From assembly GCA_965655095.1 (NCBI GenBank), contig OZ296654.1, forward strand, positions 16,306,001 to 16,370,000: 64,000 bases of DNA, written 5' to 3'. Under the pieces are notes generated by a model, which worked only from the letters and a program-made list of their open reading frames with translations, was not told the DNA's origin and did not search any database. The translations under genes were made by a program, and so were the position numbers. The stretch is from Haplodiscus bocki. Taxonomy: Eukaryota. Below, one piece after another: positions 55,522 to 64,000 of the stretch. Within the stretch, counting starts at the first letter, position 1. Each line of letters opens with the position of its first letter.

Positions 55522-55551
55522 TTATTTCAATTAAAACAAATTAATTAAATG
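55519..55551. promoter_or_regulatory. Back-to-back TAAATG initiator motifs (candidate bidirectional poxvirus-late-type promoter)
   Basis: CATTTAtttcaattaaaacaaattaatTAAATG: the divergent ATGs at 55521 (-) and 55549 (+) are separated by only 27 nt. Confidence 0.55.
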
Positions 55552-56090
55552 ACTGACATTCTTTGTCAAGTTTGTCATTATGAAATATTCAATGATAAAA
55601 AAGAACTTAATTATTATCATGCTTCTCTTCATAAAAGATATGATAGAGGTTTATATTATAAATATAAAGTTAATAATATTAATTTAAACAATATTAATAA
55701 AATATTCGATTATTATATTACTATTCATAATGAAAAATTTGATATGTATTTTATTGTGTAATTCAAATAAAATTTAATAATAATATCATAGCTAACTTGG
55801 AAATTCATAATCATTATAATACCGATTATGTCAATATAGAGAATTATTTATCAGTATATTTAAAAAGTTGTGAAAATGCAGGATATAAAATTAGTAATAT
55901 CGATCATATGATTATCAATATCACGAGTTGTTTATGCAAAATTCGATATAGACATTATAAAGATAAACCTATGAGTATGCTCGAAAGAAGAATAAATTAT
56001 ATTATTACTAAAAATCCACAATTAATAAATCAAAATCACAATCATTCACTAATCCGAAAAAATCCTAATATTAAATTTAACAATATATAA
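55549..56090 (+). pseudogene. Hypothetical viral protein with an N-terminal CxxC/His motif, frameshifted near 55755
   Basis: Two consecutive ORF pieces (55549-55761 and ~55760-56090) ending PMSMLERRINYIITKNPQLIN...HSLIRK. Confidence 0.6.
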
Positions 56091-56279
56091 ATGAATATAA
56101 TAAATATTACTGATGATAATATGACATTATTTAATCGTACGGATGATGATAATAATATGATGCTAGAAATATCACCTTTATTTTTAATAATAGCAATAAT
56201 ACCATGTGCTCTTTCGATAATATGTTGTTTATTATTTTTATCATATGGTTTTATTAAAGTGTTAATCAATAAAAAATAA
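56091..56279 (+). CDS. Small single-pass membrane protein
   Basis: Luminal-like N-terminus with NIT/NRT sequons, a long hydrophobic stretch ISPLFLIIAIIPCALSIICCLLFLSYGFI and a basic tail. TAAATG start. Confidence 0.6.
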   Translation: MNIINITDDNMTLFNRTDDDNNMMLEISPLFLIIAIIPCALSIICCLLFLSYGFIKVLINKK

Positions 56280-56454
56280 AAATACTTACAATTATAAAAC
56301 AAATTTATTCATATTCAAATATGAGTAATTAATATTTGTTTCGAATATAAATTAAATTATTCGTATAATTATAATGATAGTTAATATTTGAATAAGAGTG
56401 ATTATACGATATACGAATACATGTAAGTATATAAATATTATTTGTCAAATATAA

Positions 56455-57179
56455 ATGGATAAAATTTTATATCCATCTCATCCATTACGTTGTATCATAA
56501 CAGGACCTTCTGAATGTGGTAAAAGCGTTTTTTTAATAAATATAATTTTAAATATTATAAACGAATATGATAAAATATATATATACAGTCCATCTCTTCA
56601 TCAAGATTTGTATCAAAAATTGATTAGATGTTTTAGTAATCATATACCTATTCATATAATGCCAAATATTTTAAACGAAGAAGATATTGATATAGTAATT
56701 GGAGAAATAATTAATAATGAAGACTTTGAAAAATCAAATACTGAAATAGAAACATTTGATAATATAGAAGAATTAAAATATCCTCAAGAATATGAAAATA
56801 ATAGTATTATTATACTTGATGATTTAAATCAAAAAGAAATGGATGATCCTAGAGTACAAGCTATGTTTAAAAGATCTAGACATAATAATTTATCTATTTT
56901 TATAATAAGTCAAGATTACTATGAATTGAGTAAAAAACAATACGATGTAATGGTAATATCTATCATATATTTAAACCAAATAATTTCAGAGATGTGATAA
57001 ATTTATATCAAGATAAAGCTTCGATGGATATGACACTCAATGAATTTAAATTATTAACTAGTATTTGTTGGAATGAAAAATATCAACCTCTTACAACTGA
57101 TATGACAAAAGATAAATATATGGGACGATATAGATTAGGATTAAATTCAATATTTGTTCCAGATACGACTCCTTTTTAA
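56455..57179 (+). pseudogene. A32/FtsK-like DNA packaging ATPase, frameshifted in the A-run at ~56932-56937
   Basis: Walker A GPSECGKS, Walker B IIILDD and RSRHNNLSIFIISQ. It continues TIRCNGNIYHIFKPNNFRDVINLYQD after the frame change. Confidence 0.9.
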
Positions 57180-57218
57180 ATATAAATAATTATATGAGTA
57201 TATATTTATGTTTTATAA

Positions 57219-58067
57219 ATGAGTATTTATTCAAACGTGACTCAAAAAGATTTAGATAATCTACGTAAATTAGCTGATCAACAGAAAAATGAACGAGCTT
57301 TTAAAATTAAAAATAGAATATTAAAACAAACACATGATATTAAATTAGCAGAATCATTATCACCTATAACTAAAAAATTGGATGAAGTAAACAAATCTAC
57401 TCAAGAATCAATAACACCAATAAATAAAAAATTAGATACTATTAATGAAAGCATTCGAAAAGTAGGTAATATAATAAAAGAATCAAATTCTGAAATTATA
57501 CCTAGTATTTTATTACAAGATACTTTTAAATCATTGAAAAACACAACTAATTCTTTAAAATTAAACAAAGATGAATCTGATAATTATAGCATTCTAAAAT
57601 CTGCTATAAAACCTTTAGGTGGAGATAAAATATTAGTAAATGATAGAAATATCTATGAATTTAGTCCTGAAATTCACAAAGCATTATCAAATTCTACTTA
57701 TACGGGTAAATCGATGAAAGATGAAAATGACAGAAAAAATTTGTATAATTTTCTAACGGATATTGGATATAATACTCACAATAGAGATGAACAGACTAGT
57801 CAAAAAAAAATTTTTACAAAACTTTTTAATCAATTTGAAAATATTAAAAAAGAAGAGCTTGATTTAGAAGGTCGAGGAGTAAAAATTATCATACCATCTA
57901 ACATAATTGATATCTACACTAGACTTGAAATCTTATAAGGATTAAAATTATCTGGTCATACAGATACTCTAACAGAAGCTAGTGCATTAATGGATCAATT
58001 ATACAAACTAGGAGAAATTCAAAATAGACTGCAATATCAAAATGCTCTTGATAAGTTTAAAATATAA
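57219..58067 (+). pseudogene. Polinton-type conserved protein with an in-frame stop at 57936-57938
   Basis: The frame continues past TAA as GLKLSGHTDTLTEASALMDQLYKLGEIQ...KI*. The PSNIIDIYTRLEIL.GLKLSGH...E motif resembles a C-terminal domain common in Polinton accessory ORFs. Confidence 0.65.
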
Positions 58068-58087
58068 TTTTATTTAATTTTTAATAA

Positions 58088-58870
58088 ATGGAACTTCCTA
58101 GTAAACTTTTAGAACAAATAGCTTATAATACAAGACCTAAAATTGAAGAGCATATGTTGATTATTATGGATAAATCTACTCATGAAGAGCATCTCTTTCA
58201 ACCACTACAAACGAATAATAAACAATTTAAAATAGCAACCACTTTTCTTTCTGCTTATAATGGTATTTTTAATGTTACAAATAAAAATAATAAATTTTAT
58301 TTCAAGAAAAATCTCATCGACGAGGATTTTATCCAAATTAGAATACCTGAAGGAGCTTATGAAATAGAAAGTTTAAATGATGAAATTAAAAGGATTCTTA
58401 TTGACAAAGAACATTATACAGAAGCTAATTACCCATTTAAAATCAAACCAAATTTCTCAACACTAGGATCAATCGTGGAAATTTTACCACAAGGATCGAT
58501 AATTGGCTTTGTTTTTGAAGATAGTATTGGTAAACTACTAGGATTTGCAGAGACTATATTATGGGATGAACATAATTTATCACCTAATCCAGTCGATATT
58601 CTTTCATTTGATAATATTTTCATTGAAACCGATATAGCTAAAGGAATGATTTTTAAAGGTAGACGATCTGGAATAATATTCAATTTTACGATGGACGTAT
58701 CACCGGGATATAAATACAGCCACAAATTTAGAGGGGGGGTTCAATGGTTTATAATGGAGAGTAAAGACATCATTTCAAGTATCAATTTCAGATTAAAAAA
58801 TGAAAGTGGAAATTTAGTATCATTTAATGGTAAATCAGTTACTTTTCGTTTATCCATCAAAGAAATTTAA
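58088..58870 (+). CDS. Probable minor capsid (penton, single jelly-roll) protein
   Basis: Intact 260-aa beta-rich ORF with NVTNKNNKFYF, IPEGAYEIESLN, SIGKLLGF, SINFRLKNESGNLVSFNG and FRLSIKE. Size, motifs and position between the ATPase and MCP are typical of Polinton pentons. Confidence 0.72.
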   Translation: MELPSKLLEQIAYNTRPKIEEHMLIIMDKSTHEEHLFQPLQTNNKQFKIATTFLSAYNGIFNVTNKNNKFYFKKNLIDEDFIQIRIPEGAYEIESLNDEIKRILIDKEHYTEANYPFKIKPNFSTLGSIVEILPQGSIIGFVFEDSIGKLLGFAETILWDEHNLSPNPVDILSFDNIFIETDIAKGMIFKGRRSGIIFNFTMDVSPGYKYSHKFRGGVQWFIMESKDIISSINFRLKNESGNLVSFNGKSVTFRLSIKEI

Positions 58871-58947
58871 CACATCGACAAATACAATTTATATTTGTAT
58901 TTATACTTGGGTATACTTACAATTATATATTTTTTTAAACATAATAA

Positions 58948-59106
58948 ATGCCAAGAACACTGACAAAATCAAGATTGCATCCTAATAAAAACAAACCAAA
59001 AATTAGGCAAGAACTTAATCATACTAAATCATCAGCATTACCTCCAAAAATTCAAATATTTAAACAGAAATTATTATCCGGAAATGGTTTTGTTAAATAT
59101 AATTAG
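58948..59106 (+). CDS. Small basic (core-like) peptide, 52 aa
   Basis: MPRTLTKSRLHPNKNKPKIRQELNHTKSSALPPKIQIFKQKLLSGNGFVKYN*, with a TAAATG start. It is below the ORF-track size cutoff. Confidence 0.55.
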   Translation: MPRTLTKSRLHPNKNKPKIRQELNHTKSSALPPKIQIFKQKLLSGNGFVKYN

Positions 59107-59203
59107 TTTTATAAACGTGATTACTTGAAAATTTATCATACAAGAGATCTTATCAAACATTCAGATCTTATATTGAATTTGTTATTGGTTTTATATATTA
59201 TAA

Positions 59204-60481
59204 ATGAGCATAGAAGATTTTCAATTATTAAATAATGAACCATTAGATAATTCTATCATAAAAAGGGATTTCTTGAAAATTTATCACCAACAGGGAGCAC
59301 AATTAAATCAATCGGATCAAAATATTGAATTTATTTTTGGAGAGAATAATAACTATCATCAAATTGGTAATTCATATCTCGAATTTGATATAACAGTGCG
59401 TAGAGAAGATGATGCTAATTTTACCAATAACAGTCGTATTAGATTAACGAATAATGCATTTGCTTATTGTTTTAAAGAGGCTCGATTAGCTATCACATCT
59501 GGTAGCGATATAGAACATAACAAATATTGTGGTCAAGTATCAACTATTATGAAAGTATTATTTAGCAAAGATGGCGATCTACTCTCACAATTTGATAATA
59601 TTAATGAAGGTAATGGAGATGCTGATTTTGATTCTACTTCGTTGAAAAAAATGCTTATCGATAATCATAATGTTGTCGGTCAAGAAGTTAATAAAGGTAA
59701 AATTAAAGGTCAGCTGCCATTAGAACATATTTTTGGATTTTGTAAGAGCTTTAAAAAAATTACTAAAAATTTAGGATTTCATATAATATTCAGAACAGCT
59801 GATCTACAAGATATCATTTTCACGTCAATAGCTAATAACATTAATGTTACAATTAATAGTTTATATTTGTTTGTACCTACTTTAATACCAAATACTGAAA
59901 CACAACTAATGTTTAATGAATCTATTCAAAATAATTATAGAATATTTTTCGATGATTGGTTTACTGAAAGACGAGTGGTTTCTGATATAATAACTCAAAT
60001 TGATATAGGTAGTGCTCAACAAGTTAATAGTCCTAAATATTTAATAACAGCTCATCAAACAGCAGCTAGACTAAATGCTCCGGATAAAGGTATAAATATA
60101 TCAAGGTTTGACAATCTCAATGTAAGAAAGTATTTTGTTGAAATAGATAGCATACGATATCCTCGTGATGCTGTTTTAATAAACTATCCTGAGAACGATT
60201 ATATTGATCAATATAAAGATTTAAAATTATTTTATAAAGAATATGTTGGTGAAGAATTATTGACTCCATTTGTTTCTTATCCTGATATGAAGACTAAATA
60301 TCCCATACAAGTAATTGATTTGAGATTTCAAGCAGATTATATAACTCCTAAAAAAATTCAATTATTTGAAGAATACAGAGAGAATCCTAATAGTGCTAGA
60401 TTATATGTTATATTAATTAGACGAAGAGAAATAGAATTGATTTCAGATGGTAATAAATTAATCGAAGTTAAAGTAATATAA
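59204..60481 (+). CDS. Major capsid protein (double jelly-roll, Polinton type)
   Basis: Intact 425-aa ORF with LTNNAFAYCFKEARL, LPLEHIFGFC, LYLFVP, SPKYLI, IDSIRYP and YPIQVIDLRFQ, adjacent to the protease. Confidence 0.85.
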   Translation: MSIEDFQLLNNEPLDNSIIKRDFLKIYHQQGAQLNQSDQNIEFIFGENNNYHQIGNSYLEFDITVRREDDANFTNNSRIRLTNNAFAYCFKEARLAITSGSDIEHNKYCGQVSTIMKVLFSKDGDLLSQFDNINEGNGDADFDSTSLKKMLIDNHNVVGQEVNKGKIKGQLPLEHIFGFCKSFKKITKNLGFHIIFRTADLQDIIFTSIANNINVTINSLYLFVPTLIPNTETQLMFNESIQNNYRIFFDDWFTERRVVSDIITQIDIGSAQQVNSPKYLITAHQTAARLNAPDKGINISRFDNLNVRKYFVEIDSIRYPRDAVLINYPENDYIDQYKDLKLFYKEYVGEELLTPFVSYPDMKTKYPIQVIDLRFQADYITPKKIQLFEEYRENPNSARLYVILIRRREIELISDGNKLIEVKVI

Positions 60482-60483
60482 GT

Positions 60484-60886
60484 ATGAAAATATTAACTTT
60501 TAAAGATTTTATGAAAAAATATAAATTAAAAAATGATACTATGAATGAATCTCAATTACAGAAAATTTATAATTATCCTATATACCCCAGAGATTGAAAT
60601 ATATTCAGATAGAGGATTTGTTAATATCGATGCCGGATCTCAAAATGGTACTCATTGGACCTGTTTTATAATAAAAGATAATAAATCATTTTATTTCGAT
60701 AGTTTTGGAGGAAGTCCTGATAAATTTTTACTTAAACAATTACCCAAACCAATAATATATCATAATTATAAAATACAAGATATAAATTCTCAATTATGTG
60801 GCTCATATTCTTTATATTTTTTCTATTTAATTGAAAGAATGAGTTATTATGATACTATATTAAAATTGTATTTTGAAAAATTGTGA
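60484..60886 (+). pseudogene. Adenain-like cysteine protease, frameshifted near 60595
   Basis: MKILTFKDFMKKYKLKNDTMNESQLQKIYNYPIYPRD / IYSDRGFVNID...GTHWTC...YFDSFG...IQDINSQLCGSY. The His, Asp, Gln and Cys catalytic residues are in adenain order. Confidence 0.88.
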
Positions 60887-61011
60887 TCAATTTTATAATT
60901 TTAAATAATACCAATAAATGTATTTGGAAATTCTTCTCATGATAAAACTCGTAGTTGAAAAATTACTATTATAATATTATATGAGTATTTATAAATATAC
61001 TTATTTAAATA

Positions 61012-62206
61012 ATGCCGATAAATGTATTTGGAAATTCTTCTCATGATAATAATAATAATAAAATTGATACTAGTCTATTTATACACAGACCTTATTTGAG
61101 AGCTAATTATATAGAAGCTAATATTGAAGAAGACATTGATTTAAAAAATCAATATAGAATTAAAAATCTACCTGATCCAACAAATTTACAAGATGCATGT
61201 AATAAAAATTATATTGATAACGTTATTGATCAACCATCTTTAGTTTCGAAATAATCAGGATAACGATTTCAATAATAATAAGTTAACAAATATAAATTCA
61301 ATTACTATTAATAACCAAACAATCGATGATAATCAAGTCATTACAAAAGCTTATGTTGATCAATTTCATCAAGAAAATGAAAGATCAAGACGCGATTTAG
61401 GTATTGATTTTTATAATGAATCAAATGATTTAGTCAAAAACAATCAAGATAATAATTTCAACAATAATAAATTAACAAATATAAATTCAATTACTATTAA
61501 TAATAATCCAACTGATGATAACCACGTAAGTAATAAAAAATATATTGACAATGAATTAGATAAAAACACTATTGTAAGATTCAATCAAACATTAGAAAAT
61601 TTTCTCAAAGTCTCTGTCGGTGATGATATTTATAATTTGACTAAATATAATAAAATTCAATTGACTGATACTACGGTTATAAAATATCCTAATAGCGGTG
61701 GTTATCTACTACAAAATTGGAATATTAGATGTAACGACAAAAATAACAATGGTAAAATACAGAATTTTATTAGATCAACAAAATCAAGTTCAACAACCGG
61801 TGATTCAGGAGCAACCAGTTTACCACCAATAGGTGATAGTTTTATGTATATAGAAACTACTTCAAATAATCACGGAAATAATGTTTTTGTTAGCTTTGAA
61901 CGAACTGATATTATCCAGATTACTAATATAACATTCTATTATACCAGATTTTCAATATTAACTAATGATAATTTAAAAGCAATGGGTCGTTTTAGAATTC
62001 AGCTCTTATTAGAAGATAATACTTGGAGTACTCAATATACTATAGCTAAAAATAGTCAATATAGTGATAATTCAACTGATAGGTCTTTGTTAAATTTAGA
62101 TTTTACTACAAAAAATTATGGAATTGAATTAATTTATGATCAAATAGATACAGCTCATGCTGATATGTGTTTCAGTAATATAACAATAACACATTCTGTA
62201 TATTAA
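61012..62206 (+). pseudogene. Fibre/spike-like protein with shaft repeats and a C-terminal globular domain, frameshifted near 61245
   Basis: Repeats RIKNLPDPTNLQDACNKNYID, KLTNINSITINNQTIDDNQVITKAYVD and KLTNINSITINNNPTDDNHVSNKKYID resemble tail-fibre/adhesin stalk motifs. A continuous frame runs from ~61250 to 62206. Confidence 0.6.
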
Positions 62207-62286
62207 GGTTACATATAATTACTCGAATATTCATAAATATACTCCAAATATAAATATAAATATAATTGTAATTATCTATATTTTAA

Positions 62287-62748
62287 ATGAATAACTCAAA
62301 TTACTTTAAAGATATATTCAAATCTATACCTGATTATAGAAAAATAGTATTATTAATATATTTAATTCAAAACGAAAAAAAATTATTAAAAGAGATTGGA
62401 TTTTCTAAAAATGATATTAATAACTTAAATTTAGAGTTTAAAAATATTTTATTAGAAGAATATGAAGATTACTTAGATTATATTAAAAATCAAGAAGAAT
62501 CTCTTTTAGAAACATTTTTGAATAAGAAAATGGAACAGTATTTCAATACTATATTTGAAGATATTAGATATGAACGAAGTCTTATTTTATTATTAAGTCT
62601 TATTGAACCTAATATATTACATCAAAGCAAATTTACAGAACATGAAATAGAAATTATAAAAAATTTGGTTTTAGAAAAAATTCACCGACAAAAAAATTTA
62701 AAAGAAATAGTTGCTTTAGAATTATTAGAAAAACATTTTTCTGATTAA
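62287..62748 (+). CDS. Hypothetical helical protein made of two homologous halves
   Basis: YFKDIFKSIPDYRKIVLLIYLI...LLETF versus YFNTIFEDIRYERSLILLLSLI...LLEKH. Confidence 0.65.
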   Translation: MNNSNYFKDIFKSIPDYRKIVLLIYLIQNEKKLLKEIGFSKNDINNLNLEFKNILLEEYEDYLDYIKNQEESLLETFLNKKMEQYFNTIFEDIRYERSLILLLSLIEPNILHQSKFTEHEIEIIKNLVLEKIHRQKNLKEIVALELLEKHFSD

Positions 62749-62751
62749 TAA

Positions 62752-63370
62752 ATGAGTAACTATCCTGATTTAAAAAACGAACCAGAATTATTGAAAATAA
62801 AAACACGAGATGATGAAATTAAAAATTTGAAATATCAAACAGAAAAACATGATCATGAAAATATATTAAAATCTCTTAAAGTAGATAACGAATATTATAA
62901 AAAGAAATATAAAAATTTGAATAAAAAGAAAGTTTTGTTAAATATCACCGAAATTTTAGTTGGTGCTGGATCTGCTGTAGGTAGTTCAACGATGGGTTTG
63001 ATTAATCCAGGTGCAGGCATTATTATATCATCTAGTACTGCTTTGTTAACCAGTATTGCTATCTTAATCACTAATGAATATATTAGTAAATTAAAAATAA
63101 GATATACGAAATTAAGAGATTGGATTAATGTTATTACTTTGTTATATGAAAAGACACTGAAGAAATCTATGATTGATAAAGTAATTAATCAAACAAAAAG
63201 AAGCCGACCAATTAAAGCAAATTTATAATCATTATGTTGATAAAAAATCTGAGATTATGAAAAATACTAGTTTTAAAGTTGAAGATATTTTTAATGATGT
63301 AATCAATAAAAATACTATTTCACAAGAACAAATAATTAAACTTAATAATTTTTTCGCCAAAATGACGTAA
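62752..63370 (+). pseudogene. Membrane protein with two small-residue-rich hydrophobic helices, frameshifted by an apparent 4-bp duplication at ~63190
   Basis: ITEILVGAGSAVGSSTMGLINPGAGIIISSSTALLTSIAILIT. It continues KEADQLKQIYNHYVDKKSEIMK...FFAKMT* in the shifted frame. Confidence 0.7.
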
Positions 63371-63474
63371 ATATAAACATAAAAATTAAATTTAACTTTT
63401 TTAAACCTAAAGAAAACAAATATTGATATTTTACCAAGTGCTCCTCCCTATTATGAATAATTTTAAGTATATAA

Positions 63475-63633
63475 ATGATAAAAACATGGTGTGTTGGTGG
63501 AAAGCATTATTCTAATACTAATAATATCACTCAATATGAAAAAGTCAATCCGAAGACTAAAAAACTAGTTAAAATTATTAAAGGTACTTGTAGTATTTGC
63601 GGTCGTAATAAATCACAAATTTTTACCAAGTAA
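63475..63633 (+). CDS. Small zinc-ribbon-like protein (DUF5679-like), 52 aa
   Basis: MIKTWCVGGKHYSNTNNITQYEKVNPKTKKLVKIIKGTCSICGRNKSQIFTK*, with a TAAATG start. Confidence 0.65.
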   Translation: MIKTWCVGGKHYSNTNNITQYEKVNPKTKKLVKIIKGTCSICGRNKSQIFTK

Positions 63634-64000
63634 ATGACTAGAGCGGAAAATTTTATTAGAAAAGGAAAATGTAGTAAAAATCATTGTTCATCTATGTCAA
63701 ATCAGGCATGGACAGATTTAAACTCTCAAGGTAATATATTAAAGCTTCATGATAAATGTCCCAATCCTAAATGCGGTTGTCAGAAAATAATCACTTTTAC
63801 TCCACATCAATATATGCTTGAGGGCGGATCGATTAAAACTAAACTACAGAAAATATTTAAGGGTACACAAACAGCTTGGAATAAATTTTTAAAGCCAGCA
63901 ATTAATGCAACAGCGCCGTTTATAGGAATGGCTGTTAGAGCTAAGACCAAAAATCCTAAGGTTGGACAAGCTACTACAAATATACTGAAGAGTATTTCAG
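63634..64000 (+). CDS. Cys-rich N-terminus followed by an LEGG site and an amphipathic basic helix; truncated by the window end
   Basis: Open frame to the window end: MTRAENFIRKGKCSKNHC...KCPNPKCGCQKIITFTPHQYMLEGGSIKTKLQKIFKGTQTAWNKFLKPAINATAPFIGMAV... Confidence 0.7.
   Translation, partial: MTRAENFIRKGKCSKNHCSSMSNQAWTDLNSQGNILKLHDKCPNPKCGCQKIITFTPHQYMLEGGSIKTKLQKIFKGTQTAWNKFLKPAINATAPFIGMAVRAKTKNPKVGQATTNILKSIS

Larger units (their letters stand above)
52440..64000 (+). mobile_element. Endogenous Polinton/Maverick-like virus (left part), partially decayed
   Basis: Shift to very AT-rich, intronless, tightly packed ORFs including a packaging ATPase, minor and major capsid proteins and a cysteine protease. 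The left boundary is approximate. pPolB and integrase are not in the window. Confidence 0.9.

Noticed and set aside
54267-64000. Integrated poxvirus genome fragment, or a contaminant contig
   Set aside because: The capsid, penton, protease and ATPase are Polinton-type and no other pox core genes are present. Scattered inactivating lesions indicate residence in the host genome, though the junction should be confirmed with long reads.

Overview
Eukaryotic genomic window, probably from an invertebrate animal; the species cannot be determined from sequence alone. Bases 1 to ~52,400 are host-like DNA. They hold a disrupted TMEM231 (minus strand) and a 16-exon CEP164-like gene (minus strand, 19532-51006; first coding exon not found). 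They also hold decayed transposons: a Mutator/MULE with subterminal repeats and a fused RING finger, a BEL/Pao LTR element, an RTE-like LINE, tandem and dispersed repeats, and tRNA-like fragments. From ~52,440 to the window end lies a markedly AT-rich, gene-dense, intronless endogenous Polinton/Maverick-like virus. It encodes an A32-like packaging ATPase, minor and major capsid proteins, an adenain-like protease, a fibre-like protein, a membrane protein and small core-like proteins. No polymerase or integrase is visible in the window. Two observations stand out: the element carries an apparently intact homologue of the poxvirus RNA polymerase subunit RPO18 (Rpb7-like), and 13 of 16 gene starts read TAAATG, the poxvirus late-promoter initiator. 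Together they suggest an endogenous virophage-like satellite that uses a poxvirus-type cytoplasmic transcription apparatus. This is inference and needs database and expression tests.
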